Positions 62,811-64,000 of a DNA stretch of 64,000 nt are shown here, one piece after another; the first letter of the stretch is position 1; each line of letters opens with the position of its first letter. The translations under genes were made by a program, and so were the position numbers. The DNA is from Callorhinchus milii (lineage: Eukaryota), in the NCBI RefSeq assembly GCF_018977255.1, contig NW_024704757.1:10664001-10728000 (forward strand), given 5' to 3'. A model generated the notes under the pieces. That model was not told the DNA's origin. It saw only the letters and a program-made list of their open reading frames with translations, and did no database searches.

Positions 62811-63559
62811 GTGGGAGACATCTCCAAGAACATATATTATGATTATCACACGTTTTCAAAAAATACAACACACAGAGAGCCACTCATTCGGCCCACCCAG
62901 CCTATGTTGGTGTTGACTACATCCAATTCCCTACTTTTTCTCTCTCCCTTTTTTTCTCCTTCAACAATTGTTTTAAATGAGTACTGTAGCTAATTTATAT
63001 TTTGCATTATATCCAGTTATCTACTCTGCCTCCATATCCACAATGGGGATGGTCCCAATTTATGCAAAGTCTAGTCTCCCCACTGTAATTACCGTGAACC
63101 ATATTTAGACATTTTTGATGTTACAAGCACTATATTAAACAGGTGGATTATGATCCTATAAGACCGATAAGCTTTTCACAGGAAATTGCAATTGCTGGCA
63201 AGTGTAATGACTGCATATTTGTAAGCAAAGGCGGTAGCTGTTTTGCACACAGTAAATTTCCATAAATAGCCATGAAGTGAATGATCAATTTAGGTGGAGA
63301 ATTATTGGGCAGTTCTTGGGGCAAGAGTACTCCCTTCTCTTTTCGAATTGTGTGGATATTTAACAGCTAACCGAAGAACAAGCAGAAAGGGTTTCAGTTT
63401 AAGGTCTTTTCTGAAAGCATCTCCAAGGATGCCACGCTTTGCACTGGAGTGTCAGCCTATATAATATGAGCATAAACCTCTCTACCTGGTGCTTGATCTC
63501 ACAGGTGAGAGGAACTCCACCTGATGGACAAGGACATAAAAATGCACAGCGGTGGCACA

Positions 63560-63643
63560 GTGTGTTCTGTGAAGCGCTTTGGGACGTCCTCCCGACGTGA
63601 AAAGCGCTATATCAAATGCAAGGATTATTATTATTATTATTAT
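63560..63643 (+). mobile_element. SINE/L2 3' tail
   Basis: gtgaagcgctttgggacgtcctcccgacgtgaaaagcgctatatcaaatgcaagg(att)n. Confidence 0.8.
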
Positions 63644-64000
63644 TGGAGGGCACTGCCTCACCCTATCACTTCAAGTAACTTTTCTGAATCTTTCCCTGGA
63701 GTCAGAGCAAGGTGGAACCACAGTGACCACACAGTACATAGCAGCTGATCCACGCCCTGAATCAAAGGTCCATCAGTATATTGTTAAGGTAGCTCCACAT
63801 CAGCAAAATAAAACCACAAGCTAACGTGGTTACCCAAAGCCAAACTCTTCGAAGTTACAGGAATGACAGTGCACTTCAATGCAATTAAAACACAGAAAGA
63901 TATTCCACGTGTTGCAACTCGAGCATAATTCAGAAGAGGCTGAAATTAATATTTTTTAAACGGATTGAGGTTAGGACAGGACCTTCAAATGAATTGCAAA

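Overview
This is vertebrate genomic DNA with spliceosomal introns. The repeat content (tRNA-head SINEs, Deu-domain-like SINEs, L2 and CR1 LINE remnants) suggests a cartilaginous fish; that is an inference. I reconstructed six protein-coding genes exon by exon from splice sites and reading phase: AMDHD2 (-, first 5 coding exons, runs off the left edge), SLX4 (+, 14 coding exons, with an apparent 1-nt frameshift in the large exon), RHOT2/MIRO2 (-, 19 exons), STK19/WHR1 (-, 6 coding exons), DXO (+, 6 coding exons) and an SLC25A17/PMP34-family carrier (-, 9 coding exons, one GC-AG intron). There are two head-to-head CpG-rich promoters (AMDHD2/SLX4 and STK19/DXO), a repeat-built RHOT2 promoter, two minisatellites and many SINE/LINE fragments. 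Most ORFs in the supplied track are spurious or exon fragments. I found no convincing new biological system. The best leads are the STK19-DXO pair lying outside an MHC class III context, the SLX4 frameshift or possible exitron, an orphan CpG island at about 20 kb, the RHOT2 intron-1 minisatellite that stays in frame with the start codon, and several SINE-built structures (long hairpins, a duplicated flank, splice-site contacts).
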